Both the position numbers and the translations under genes were made by a program. The notes beneath the pieces are model-generated. The model did not search any database. It saw nothing but the letters and a program-made list of their open reading frames with translations, and had not been told where the DNA came from. Shown here one piece after another: positions 1 to 8,345 of a stretch of DNA of 58,183 bases (position 1 is the stretch's first letter; each line of letters starts with the position of its first letter). The DNA is taken from the IMG/VR virus record IMGVR_UViG_3300032156_000010, positions 1 to 58,183 of that record. One strand, written 5' to 3'. The stretch is from a virus. Taxonomy: Duplodnaviria; Caudoviricetes.

Positions 1-55
1 GAAAGGCCAGTCTCTCTTGCCGGCTGTTCTCCTTGCCCTTCAATCTCCGCTACAA

Positions 56-139
56 AATGGGGTTGCGTAGGTGAGAGATACTTCGGCCTTGGAACCTTGC
101 CCGAAAGGGCAGTTTCTCTCGCCGGCTGTTCTCCCCATT
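56..139 (+). ncRNA. Y RNA-like RNA 2 (short)
   Basis: Terminal stem AAUGGGG/CCCCAUU; same internal motifs and same 84-nt length as copy 1, with compensatory stem changes (UGCCC-GAAA-GGGCA). Confidence 0.75.
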
Positions 140-157
140 CTCATAAAGTCGTTAAGA

Positions 158-286
158 CCGGGTGTCGTAGGCGACGGATACTTCGACTTATAATCGAGAG
201 GTCGCGGGTTCGATTCCCGTCTGAGTCTTCGGGCTCGGTAGCTCAGTGGCAGAGCGCTTCCGTACCGTCACCGGCTGTTACCCCGG
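158..286 (+). ncRNA. yrlA: YrlA-like Y RNA with circularly permuted tRNA-like domain
   Basis: Terminal stem CCGGG/CCCGG; GUCGUAGG...UACUUCG...CCGGCUGUU; T arm GCGGG-UUCGAUU-CCCGU precedes an acceptor stem closed by a UUCG loop, then D arm UA-GCUC-AGUGGCA-GAGC; directly upstream of Ro60; followed by a U tract. Confidence 0.85.
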
Positions 287-320
287 CTTTTTTTATTTCA
301 ACAGAGGGAGGGCTTCCACA

Positions 321-1850
321 ATGACACCTTTCAACAAATCCACTCAAGGCTCCGAGAAGACCGTCAATTTTGAGGGCGACCTGGCTTTCAATATGGGGCC
401 CCGAGAGGCGCTCTACGCGCTGGCTTGCACATCGAGCCTCCGGCCGAAATTCTATGTACCGGAAGTGGCGAACGAACTAAAGCGGCTGCGGGCACTGATT
501 AAGCGAGTGCCGGCCGAGTTCGTCGCCAAGCTGGCCGTCTATGTTAGGGAGAAGATGTATCTGCGGACAATGCCGCTGGTACTGGCCGTGGAGCTCTGCA
601 GGGTCCACAAGGGCGACGATCTAGTGCGACGGACCGTCCGGCGGGTCATCAAACGGGCCGACGAACTGGCCGAGATTCTGGCCTACTTTGCGGCGGCCGA
701 GGATCGGATCAGCAGGGATCCGCGGTCGAAGATTTTGAACCGGCTGCCGAAGCAGCTCCGCCTCGGGCTGGCCGACGCCTTTAATACCTTCGACGCATAT
801 CAGCTTGCCAAATACGATCGGGAAACGGCGATCAGACTGCGGGACGTCATGTTCCTTGTCCATCCGAAACCGAAGGATGCGAGCCAGGCCGAGATATTCA
901 AGCGCCTGGCCGAGCAGAGGCTTGAGACGCCCTACACCTGGGAGACCGAATTGTCGGCGAAGGGGAATAAAAAGGAGACCTGGGAGGGGCTGATCGATTC
1001 GGGCAAGGTCGGCTATATGGCCCTGCTGCGAAACTTGCGGAACATTCTCAGAGCTGGCGTCTCCAAGAATCACCTCAAGGCGGTCTGCGACAAGATCAGC
1101 AATTCGGTCGAGGTCGCCAAATCTCGTCAACTTCCCTTTCGGTATTTTTCCGCCTATGTTGAGATCTCCGGCAGCGATCAAGCTGTCTTCGAGAAAGCGG
1201 CCGTTTTATTGGCTCTTGAGGCGGCGACTCTTGCCTCGATCGTCAACGTGGCGATCAGCGAGGAGCGGGTCGTGGTGGCCTGCGATTTTTCGGGTTCCAT
1301 GCAGCACAACGTTTCCGAAAAGTCGGTCATCCAAAACCTGGATATCGGGATCGTCCTTGGGGCTCTCCTGAAAAGCAATCGGAAGACGGCGGTGGTCGGT
1401 ATCTTCGGAGATGAATGGAAGGTGATCGATTTTCCGCCCGGCAATATTCTCGGTAATTGCCTCGCTATGCGGAGACGGATTGGGGAAGTGGGTTATTCGA
1501 CTAACGGCCACCTGGCTGTCGAATGGGCCATCGCGAACAAGATCGAAGCCGATCGTTTTTGCATTTTTACAGATTGCCAACTTTGGGATTCGACCTGGGA
1601 TTTGCCTGTCCGCGGATTAAGAATTTCCGGCTATGGAGCGATGAATGATGCTTGGAACAAATACCAGGCTCTTTATCCCAAGGCCCGGCTGACGCTGTTC
1701 GACTTGACCGGCTACGGGACAACGCCGATTTCACTGAGAAGGCGAGACGTGACGCTGATCGCCGGCTGGTCCGATAAGGTTTTCGATGCCCTGGCCGCGA
1801 TCGAGCGAGGCGAGGAGGCTGTATCGGAAGTCGAAAAGATGGAGATATAG
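321..1850 (+). CDS. rsr: Ro60/Rsr (TROVE + vWA domain) RNA-binding protein
   Basis: TROVE motifs (AKLAVYVREKMYLRT, RADELAEIL, FDAYQLAKYD, LRDVMFLVHPKP, TWETELS, GYMALLRNLRN, SRQLPFRY); vWA DFSGSM and FTDCQ; RBS GGAGG before ATG 321. Confidence 0.95.
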   Translation: MTPFNKSTQGSEKTVNFEGDLAFNMGPREALYALACTSSLRPKFYVPEVANELKRLRALIKRVPAEFVAKLAVYVREKMYLRTMPLVLAVELCRVHKGDDLVRRTVRRVIKRADELAEILAYFAAAEDRISRDPRSKILNRLPKQLRLGLADAFNTFDAYQLAKYDRETAIRLRDVMFLVHPKPKDASQAEIFKRLAEQRLETPYTWETELSAKGNKKETWEGLIDSGKVGYMALLRNLRNILRAGVSKNHLKAVCDKISNSVEVAKSRQLPFRYFSAYVEISGSDQAVFEKAAVLLALEAATLASIVNVAISEERVVVACDFSGSMQHNVSEKSVIQNLDIGIVLGALLKSNRKTAVVGIFGDEWKVIDFPPGNILGNCLAMRRRIGEVGYSTNGHLAVEWAIANKIEADRFCIFTDCQLWDSTWDLPVRGLRISGYGAMNDAWNKYQALYPKARLTLFDLTGYGTTPISLRRRDVTLIAGWSDKVFDALAAIERGEEAVSEVEKMEI

Positions 1851-1852
1851 AG

Positions 1853-2041
1853 ATGGGCGACACGGGCGATATCTGGCGGGCCTTTAAGGAACAGGAACGG
1901 ATAAGAAAGGCTCAATTGGGGATCGATTGCCCCGGCTGCCCGAAAGTCCAGCCCAAGCGTATTCCCTCACGCCTCCTGCCCGGCCAGGTTTGTCGAGTAT
2001 GTGGTTATCGAGTCCCGCGGATGAAGTTGACGACACAATGA
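1853..2041 (+). CDS. small Zn-ribbon protein
   Basis: CPGC...CRVC; coupled to rsr. Confidence 0.6.
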   Translation: MGDTGDIWRAFKEQERIRKAQLGIDCPGCPKVQPKRIPSRLLPGQVCRVCGYRVPRMKLTTQ

Positions 2042-2304
2042 AGTGGCGGCATTTTAAACGTGGAGCCTATCGAGAAGCCCTCGCTCATATCTATGCCGGC
2101 GGTATTGCCATCCATGATACGGGCATGAAACGGAACGGAAAAGAGACGGCTCACCTTCTCGCCGACGGAACTCTGCTATTCAAGGCGGCTGCGGATTTGG
2201 GGCTATCTGAAAAATATTTACAGATGACGCCTCGGCCGCACTTCGATCTGTTCGGATGGCCGCTGACACACGCGTTGGCTAGGTGCGAGTTGATGTCCGA
2301 ATAG
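2038..2304 (+). CDS. DUF4031-like protein
   Basis: AHLLAD...AADLGL...PHFDL pattern; ATGA overlap with upstream gene. Confidence 0.55.
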   Translation: MKWRHFKRGAYREALAHIYAGGIAIHDTGMKRNGKETAHLLADGTLLFKAAADLGLSEKYLQMTPRPHFDLFGWPLTHALARCELMSE

Positions 2305-2324
2305 GCATCTATGCTAAGATTGAA

Positions 2325-2458
2325 GGGTCTTTTTTTTGCCCCTACAGCCCCTGAGAACCCGCTCTTGACCCCTCTCCACAGGCCCCGCCATTAAATGCAC
2401 CAGGCGCGTTTGTAGGCCCATCCTGAGGGTCCTCGTTGGTTATCAGAGAGGGAAAGGA
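2325..2458. repeat. left arm of ~130-bp long-range inverted repeat (partner 39775-39909)
   Basis: Near-identical to reverse complement of 39775-39909; both copies intergenic. Confidence 0.9.
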
Positions 2459-2485
2459 CCGCGCAAGGGTAGGATTAGGCCATAA

Positions 2486-2746
2486 ATGAGCCCGATGGAC
2501 CGCCTCCTCTATCATCCTGATTGGGAGCGGATTTCGCTCCACGTCCGGGAGCGGGCCGGCTGGCGCTGCGAATTGTGCCGGACTAAACAGAATATGCTTA
2601 CGCGGAGTGGCGGGCCGGTTGTACTGACCGTTCATCATATCAACGGCGATCTCTCAGACAATCGGCGGGTGAATCTCATCGCCCTTTGTCAGAGGTGCCA
2701 TCTCCGGCTCAACCTGCCATTTAAGACGAGAAAAAGAAAGCGATGA
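2486..2746 (+). CDS. HNH endonuclease
   Basis: CELC...LTVHHINGD..DN...NLIALCQRCH. Confidence 0.9.
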   Translation: MSPMDRLLYHPDWERISLHVRERAGWRCELCRTKQNMLTRSGGPVVLTVHHINGDLSDNRRVNLIALCQRCHLRLNLPFKTRKRKR

Positions 2747-3225
2747 TCTCCACGGCCGAAGATATTAAAAAGGCATTCCGAGGACACTATCTAGGGCGCA
2801 TCCAAGATGTTGGCCTTTTCGAATTCGGGATTGAGCACTATGTGCACCTCCGAGAATGGATTGATCACAACTATTCGGATAGTTATCATAAATGTATTTT
2901 CGACGCCTTTATGATCCGAAATTTCGGGAACGTATTCCGAGGATTTGAATTCAAAATCAGTCTGTCGGATTTTCTTCGAGACAAGTTGGCGGGAAAGTGG
3001 AAAAAATATCTCAAATATTGCCATTTTTTTTATTGGGTCTGCCCCGAAGGGTTGATCAAGGTGGCGGAAGTAGAATCTCCGGCCGGGCTCATTTGGATCA
3101 CTCAGGAAGGTTATTTGAGTATTAGAAAAAGGCCGAAGCGGCGAGATGTGGATCCAAAAATAATTCCCGCCATTCTTTTCAGTTTTGCCGCCCGCGTCAA
3201 GATACGGCGCGAGGATTTCTTTTAA
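2743..3225 (+). CDS. MmcB-like PD-(D/E)xK nuclease
   Basis: FDAF...GFEFKISLSDFLRD...KWKKYLKYCHFFYWVCPEGLI. Confidence 0.75.
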   Translation: MISTAEDIKKAFRGHYLGRIQDVGLFEFGIEHYVHLREWIDHNYSDSYHKCIFDAFMIRNFGNVFRGFEFKISLSDFLRDKLAGKWKKYLKYCHFFYWVCPEGLIKVAEVESPAGLIWITQEGYLSIRKRPKRRDVDPKIIPAILFSFAARVKIRREDFF

Positions 3226-3233
3226 GGAGGAAA

Positions 3234-3491
3234 ATGATGGGCATTGAGCAAGTACTTATCAGCGAAGGATATCTTAATTGTGCCGTCCACTTTTCTTTGA
3301 CGAAGGATATCAGCGACCCCGCCACTCCAATCGAACTTATGCTTCAAGTCTGGACACCGCCGCATGGATATGAAAAGGTCACGCTCCTTGTTTTAGAGAA
3401 AGGAAAAATCATTTTCGGGGAGAAGGTCAAAGAGAGGGTGGTCGCAGCGTTAGAGAAATACAATCGGGCTAAATTATCGGGCCGAGACTAA
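3234..3491 (+). CDS. hypothetical protein
   Basis: RBS AAGGAGG, operon context. Confidence 0.6.
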   Translation: MMGIEQVLISEGYLNCAVHFSLTKDISDPATPIELMLQVWTPPHGYEKVTLLVLEKGKIIFGEKVKERVVAALEKYNRAKLSGRD

Positions 3492-3504
3492 GGAGAATTA
3501 AAAA

Positions 3505-3888
3505 ATGGGCGATTTATCCAAAGATTTTTCGAGATCGGAATTCGCCTGCAAATGTGGTTGTGGATTCGATGCCGTGAAACCGTACCTGGTAGAGCAGCTT
3601 CAAAAAATGCGGGATCAGCTTGGGTTCGAAATCATCGTTGAATCCGGCTGCCGCTGCTCTCGTCACAACGCCGAAGTGAACGGCGCCGTCGACTCCTCCC
3701 ACCTGACCGGAGAGGCGGCCGACCTGAAACCGGCGGGCGGGAAACCGTGGGGCTCCGAAGTCCGATTCCGATTCATGGAAGCTGCGCTAGCAGCCCGCTT
3801 TAAGCGCGTTGGGATCGGAGAGACAATCTTTCATGTTGATATATCCACGATCTTGCCGTGGCCGAGACTGTGGCTCTACGAGAAATAG
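3505..3888 (+). CDS. peptidase M15A endolysin
   Basis: FSRSEFACKCGC, SGCRCSRHN..VNGA..SSHLTGEAAD, FHVD. Confidence 0.9.
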   Translation: MGDLSKDFSRSEFACKCGCGFDAVKPYLVEQLQKMRDQLGFEIIVESGCRCSRHNAEVNGAVDSSHLTGEAADLKPAGGKPWGSEVRFRFMEAALAARFKRVGIGETIFHVDISTILPWPRLWLYEK

Positions 3889-3891
3889 GCG

Positions 3892-4296
3892 ATGATCGAG
3901 GCTTATTTTTTTGAGGACGGCAAGACGCTTTATGTCTCAAAATTTTTCACCTATTCCGTCCCGGCCTTGGATCCGCCTGGCTGGGAGCCGATGCTGAGTC
4001 CGGTACAATATAAGCCGTTCAAAAAGAGGAATCTCAGCTATTTTGCGAAACTAATCCGGGATGATCAGACGGTAGGAAGGAGTCTGGTGATTCACTCCGT
4101 TCATCGATGGGGCGATGATCCCCGGGATCCGTTCCGCTCTAAGCGCGAGCGCGTGACGAGGATCGGGATCGGCGACGAGAATCTTGAAACGGTGCGGCTG
4201 ATTCTTTCTCAGGCGATGACGATCGCTTTCCACCGGCCGGATTTCGTCTGCTTCGGCCGGCTTCCCTCCTTGACAACCCGGCCCCTTCTAGCCTAA
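3892..4296 (+). CDS. hypothetical protein
   Basis: ORF packed in operon. Confidence 0.5.
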   Translation: MIEAYFFEDGKTLYVSKFFTYSVPALDPPGWEPMLSPVQYKPFKKRNLSYFAKLIRDDQTVGRSLVIHSVHRWGDDPRDPFRSKRERVTRIGIGDENLETVRLILSQAMTIAFHRPDFVCFGRLPSLTTRPLLA

Positions 4297-4315
4297 TCTT
4301 TTGGGCAGGTGACGG

Positions 4316-5056
4316 ATGGACTACAAGCGAGCATTTACCTGGCTCTGCGTTGCCGCAGTCGCCCTCCTTCTTTTCCTCGGCGCTCTGATCGGAACGATTG
4401 CCTCCGCGCGATCGATGGCTAGGGCGCTGCTAGCCGCCGAACAAAAACATTCCGCTGAACTCGAAGCGCAGATCTCTGTTCTGCGGGTCGATATCGCGGC
4501 GGCCCGGGCGGAAGCCAAGCAATCCTCGATCCTGGCGGCGGCCGCTCTCGAGCGGGCGAATGAGGAGGCGGAGGCGCGGCGCCGGGCGGCCGCGGCCGCT
4601 GCCGATGCGGAGGCGAAGCTCAAGGATGCCCCGCCCGAGACGCTCGTCGCCGAAACGCGAAGGATCCTCGGGACGGCCGAGGTATGGTATAAGCCGGAAG
4701 CCGGCACGATCGAACTTTCACTGGCCGCCTTCCGCACCGCTGCCGTCAGGCTCCACGACTGGGCGGACTTCACGCTGGTCCGCGAACCCGCCTACGCCCG
4801 CGAGATCTCCGGTCTGCGGTCGAGCCTGGCCGCCAAGGCTTCCGAAATCTCCTCGCTCAATGTTGGGATCGCCGGCCTCGAGGCGACGATCAAACTCAAG
4901 GACGAGCAGTATGCGGGGCTTCGGAATACGCTCGAGGAAATTACCCGTCTAGCCTTCGTCCCCTGGTGGGAGCGGGCATCCATCCGCTTTGCGTGGGGCA
5001 TCGGCGGTTGTGTGATAGGAACGTTGGTAGAGAGAGCGCGAGGGCGGAAAAATTAA
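4316..5056 (+). CDS. membrane-anchored coiled-coil protein (spanin-like)
   Basis: N-terminal TM helix, long Ala-rich coiled coil, hydrophobic C-terminus; near endolysin. Confidence 0.5.
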   Translation: MDYKRAFTWLCVAAVALLLFLGALIGTIASARSMARALLAAEQKHSAELEAQISVLRVDIAAARAEAKQSSILAAAALERANEEAEARRRAAAAAADAEAKLKDAPPETLVAETRRILGTAEVWYKPEAGTIELSLAAFRTAAVRLHDWADFTLVREPAYAREISGLRSSLAAKASEISSLNVGIAGLEATIKLKDEQYAGLRNTLEEITRLAFVPWWERASIRFAWGIGGCVIGTLVERARGRKN

Positions 5057-5077
5057 CAGAAAAGGGGACACAACAGA

Positions 5078-5476
5078 ATGGCGCTTGAAACCGTGAATAT
5101 CAGCAAGGAGCTTCTCGGCCTGATCGGAGCCGGGGTGGCGATGGCGATTTTGGGCCAGGTTTTTATGTTCGTCAAAGTGATCCTAAGATGGGCCGGCGAT
5201 ATGAAAAAGAAAAACGAGCAAAAACGGATCGATGACGAACGGCAGGTTGCCGGCAATCCCGGGCCGCTGGTATCCGCCGCCCCCCTACTGACTAACGGGC
5301 AGTTGAAGTTTGCCATCAGCGAGGGTTTGAAGCCAATGCAAGAAAGCGTGAACGCTTTAAACGTGACGGTCCAAGTGTTGACGTCACAATTTGGGGGATT
5401 CAAAGAGGCCTGCTCTGAGAGGCGCAAGGAAATATGGGGCGCGATCGACGTGAAGCAAAGAAGGGGGAAGGAATGA
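5078..5476 (+). CDS. membrane protein (holin/antiholin-like)
   Basis: N-terminal TM segment followed by basic stretch; lysis neighbourhood. Confidence 0.45.
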   Translation: MALETVNISKELLGLIGAGVAMAILGQVFMFVKVILRWAGDMKKKNEQKRIDDERQVAGNPGPLVSAAPLLTNGQLKFAISEGLKPMQESVNALNVTVQVLTSQFGGFKEACSERRKEIWGAIDVKQRRGKE

Positions 5477-5892
5477 AGGGCAAGGCCAGGACGCCCGATC
5501 TTTATCTATCCATCGTCGAGCATTTCGACGCCGCTCACTTTCTGCCTCGTTACCGGGGCCCCTGTCGCCGAATGCACGGGCACACCTGGCAGGTAAAGGT
5601 GACGGTGACGCCGGAGCCGGATTTGATAATCAAGGACGGGATGCTCATCGATTTCAAGGATTTAAAAAAGATCGTCCGCACTGCCCTTCCCGATCACCGT
5701 CTCATCAACACCTTCCGGCCTTTTTTCAAGGCCAACCCGCCGACGGCCGAGAACGTGGCGCTCTATCTGGCCGAAACGCTGAGGCGAAAATTACACGTCA
5801 AAAAACTCCTCCTGTCGGAGATCGAGGTATGGGAGTCGGAGAAAGCGAGCGCGAAGCTCGTTTGCCCGATCCTGTTCTATGAAAACTCTTAA
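5473..5892 (+). CDS. queD: 6-carboxytetrahydropterin synthase QueD
   Basis: FDAAHFL...CRRMHGHTW...GMLIDF..LK...DH...PTAENVA...VWES. Confidence 0.92.
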   Translation: MKGKARTPDLYLSIVEHFDAAHFLPRYRGPCRRMHGHTWQVKVTVTPEPDLIIKDGMLIDFKDLKKIVRTALPDHRLINTFRPFFKANPPTAENVALYLAETLRRKLHVKKLLLSEIEVWESEKASAKLVCPILFYENS

Positions 5893-6490
5893 CATTAACG
5901 AGTGCTTTTACAGCTTGCAGGGGGAGGGCGCCCGGGCGGGGATGCCGGCTGTTTTTCTCCGCCTGGCCGGGTGTAATCTGCGCTGTGAATTCTGCGACAC
6001 CAAATACGCTTACGACCAAGGCCAGGAATTGACAACCGAAAAGGCTGTCTGTTTGATTCATTCCAAAGCTCAAGCCGTTAATCCGCCCGTATGCAGAAAC
6101 GTCATCATAACCGGCGGCGAACCGGCGATACAAATGGATGGGCTGATGGACCTGGTGAGAAGATTGCGCGGGTGGAAACCGGCCTGGAACATAGGCATTG
6201 AGACAAATGGCACTATCGACATAAGCGGTCTCGGTCTGGACTGGATCACCGTCAGCCCTAAGCCGCCCGCCCCGCTCATCCAACGCACGGGCCATGAGTT
6301 AAAAGTCCTCTTTTTCCCGGAGCTCGAACGAAGAATCGGGATCGAAATTATTCGAAGTACGACCGAGTTTCTTTATCATTTCATCCAACCCGTCAGCATG
6401 AAGAACGTCGAGGCGGTGGTGCTGTATATAAAAAAGCATCCGCATTGGAGGCTGAGTCTACAGTGGCAGAAACTAATCGGTATCAAATAA
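5879..6490 (+). CDS. queE: 7-carboxy-7-deazaguanine synthase QueE (radical SAM)
   Basis: FYSLQGEG...FLRLAGCNLRCEFCDT, ITGGEP, IETNGT, TVSPK, WRLSLQ. Confidence 0.95.
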   Translation: MKTLNINECFYSLQGEGARAGMPAVFLRLAGCNLRCEFCDTKYAYDQGQELTTEKAVCLIHSKAQAVNPPVCRNVIITGGEPAIQMDGLMDLVRRLRGWKPAWNIGIETNGTIDISGLGLDWITVSPKPPAPLIQRTGHELKVLFFPELERRIGIEIIRSTTEFLYHFIQPVSMKNVEAVVLYIKKHPHWRLSLQWQKLIGIK

Positions 6491-6612
6491 CCTGGGAGGA
6501 AATCTATGAGCGCCTCGAGCGCCTGCCCCCGGGCCGCCCGTGGGGAGTGCCGAGGGGCGGAGCGGTGCTGGCCGTCGCTGCCTTATTTGAAGCACATCGA
6601 ATATGCCTATAA
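6463..6612 (+). pseudogene. N-terminal remnant of a phosphoribosyltransferase-like gene
   Basis: GTG start after GGAGG; translates MAETNRYQITWEEIYERLERLPPGRPWGVPRGGAVLA then stops after 49 aa; GVPRGG is a type I PRTase motif. Confidence 0.6.
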
Positions 6613-6967
6613 AAACAAGATCCGCGTCCACGGCTTCGCCATGAATTCCCAAATGGTCCACGAGACGCTGCCCTTTTTCTCGATCGACAGTTCAAGCTGG
6701 ATGGCAGTCACGCGGTTTGGCAAGGCGAGCACGTTCAATGAAAAAACGGGCCGAGTTGAATACGTCGCCGTCACCCGCAAGATGCTTGCCCAGCCATATC
6801 TAAAATCCCGCATGGCCGCCAAGCTTTTTCCGCGCCGCCTGCGGTACGATCAGCCCGGAATCCGAGAGTCCGGCGCTTGGGCTCTTTTTAAGGCGGAGGC
6901 GGCCTAGAACGCGTTGGCGCGGCATCTGACGGCGATGTGGGCGGCCAAAGGAGTGACATGGGAATAA
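6570..6967 (+). pseudogene. C-terminal fragment of a TGT/DpdA-like transglycosylase with in-frame TAG at 6905-6907
   Basis: RVHGFAM...PFFSIDSSSW motif; lacks N-terminal half; frame continues after TAG as NALARHLTAMWAAKGVTWE* and overlaps the next ATG. Confidence 0.6.
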
Positions 6968-7953
6968 GACACGTTATTCTTCCGATTGAGAGGATCGCCT
7001 CCCGCTACAGCCTCCAGTGGTGGCGATGGCTGGCGAGGAGCGCCTACCACCTTGAAGCCAAGGTCGAGTTCGTCGGCAGTTACGTCTCGCAGAAGATCAA
7101 GGAGGGAGAATTCCTTGACGTCTACGGCACCAACCTCTATAAGGCCCATCAACTTGCCCGCCTCCTTCGCCTGCTCCGTTCCGATCACACTTCCGATTTC
7201 AACATATTGATTTGCGACGGCTGGTATCCGGGCCTCGAGAGCCTGGCCTATGTACGGGACGCGGGCCGCAGGAGGGTCAGGCTGACTGCAATACTCCATG
7301 CCGGTACTTATGACCCGTGGGACTTTCTGACCCAACGAGGCCTAACCTCGTGGGCAGAGCATATCGAGAGAGGGTGGTTCCACCTGTTGGACAGGGTTTT
7401 CGTTGCCACCAGGTTCCATCAAAACTTGCTTATTTCGGCCCGCCAGGTTGACCCGGCCAAGATCAGCGTCGTCCGCTTTCCCGTCCACTACAATCCCCGC
7501 CACCACGGGAACCCTCACCGTGAACCGATCGTCGTATTTCCGCACCGCCTGGCCCCCGAGAAAGATCCCGAAGCGTTCACCCGCCTTCACGAATGCTATA
7601 TAACCCGCTACGGAGCGACGCCCGACGGACTCCACTTCGTCACGACGGCGGCCGGAGGCGGCTGCCGGAATAAGAGCCAATACTATGCGCTCCTCTCCCG
7701 CTGCCGCGTGGCCGTCTCTACGGCGCTGCAGGAGACGTTCGGAATAGCGATGCAGGAGGCCGTCAACGCCGGCTGTATGCCGGTCGCTCCGAATCGACTT
7801 TCCTATCCCGAAACACTTCGCGGTCATCGCCTTTACGAGAGCGAGGACGAGGCGGTGGATTTGATTCGGGAGGGGCTTTTGGATTATAAATGTCCTCGAG
7901 TGCTGTATCCCGGGGACATGGACGATATTCTCAGGAGGTTTTTATGTCAATAA
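6958..7953 (+). CDS. GT-B (GT4-like) glycosyltransferase
   Basis: HAGTYDPWD, FPHRLAPEKDP, STALQETFGIAMQEA, PNRLSYPE. Confidence 0.85.
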   Translation: MGIRHVILPIERIASRYSLQWWRWLARSAYHLEAKVEFVGSYVSQKIKEGEFLDVYGTNLYKAHQLARLLRLLRSDHTSDFNILICDGWYPGLESLAYVRDAGRRRVRLTAILHAGTYDPWDFLTQRGLTSWAEHIERGWFHLLDRVFVATRFHQNLLISARQVDPAKISVVRFPVHYNPRHHGNPHREPIVVFPHRLAPEKDPEAFTRLHECYITRYGATPDGLHFVTTAAGGGCRNKSQYYALLSRCRVAVSTALQETFGIAMQEAVNAGCMPVAPNRLSYPETLRGHRLYESEDEAVDLIREGLLDYKCPRVLYPGDMDDILRRFLCQ

Positions 7954-8291
7954 CCCGCTGGGTCAAAGCCTACTGCACTTTCGCCGGGATCCATTTTTGG
8001 CCGGGCGCCCCGAAGGGCCATTTCCTCGGCCACCCCCACCGGCATCTATTTCACGTCCGGGCCTTTGCCGTTGTCGGCGGCCCAGACCGCGAGATCGAGT
8101 TTATCGCGCTCAAGGAAAAAATTGAACGCTATTGCATCCGTTATTTCCGCGGCCCCCACACGCTAAGTTGCGAGATGATGGCCGAGCAGTTATTGCGGCA
8201 CTTCCGCCTGGCCCAATGCCAGGTGGACGAGGACGGGGAGAACGGGGCGGTCGTGATGGAGGAGGGATGGTGGAAGGAAAAAAAAGAATGA
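7944..8291 (+). CDS. QueD-like T-fold protein (second PTPS-like gene)
   Basis: GIHFWPGAP...LGHPHRHLFH...DREIEFI...SCEMMAE...VDEDGENGA. Confidence 0.65.
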   Translation: MSITRWVKAYCTFAGIHFWPGAPKGHFLGHPHRHLFHVRAFAVVGGPDREIEFIALKEKIERYCIRYFRGPHTLSCEMMAEQLLRHFRLAQCQVDEDGENGAVVMEEGWWKEKKE

Positions 8292-8345
8292 AACCGACAA
8301 ATTTTAAAGGTTCGAACACGGTACCGAGATAGGGGAGAAAATAAT

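Noticed and set aside
182-260. Genuine tRNA-Ile(UAU) gene
   Set aside because: Arms are permuted, the acceptor stem is closed by a UUCG loop, there is no CCA end, and it is embedded in a Y RNA stem
1-290. CRISPR array (repeats, with a Cas4-like gene elsewhere)
   Set aside because: Repeats are long structured units with covarying stems, not identical repeats with unique spacers; Cas4-like nucleases are common stand-alone phage genes
246-320. N-terminal extension of Ro60 from GTG 246 and ORF 97-324
   Set aside because: Overlap the Y RNAs; the RBS supports ATG 321
4270-4299. Promoter TTGACA-18-TAATCT before the spanin-like gene
   Set aside because: Plausible but suboptimal spacing and overlaps a coding end; insufficient support
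6905-6907. Genome-wide amber recoding
   Set aside because: TAG ends several intact genes (rsr, endolysin, capsid, tape measure) directly before the next gene
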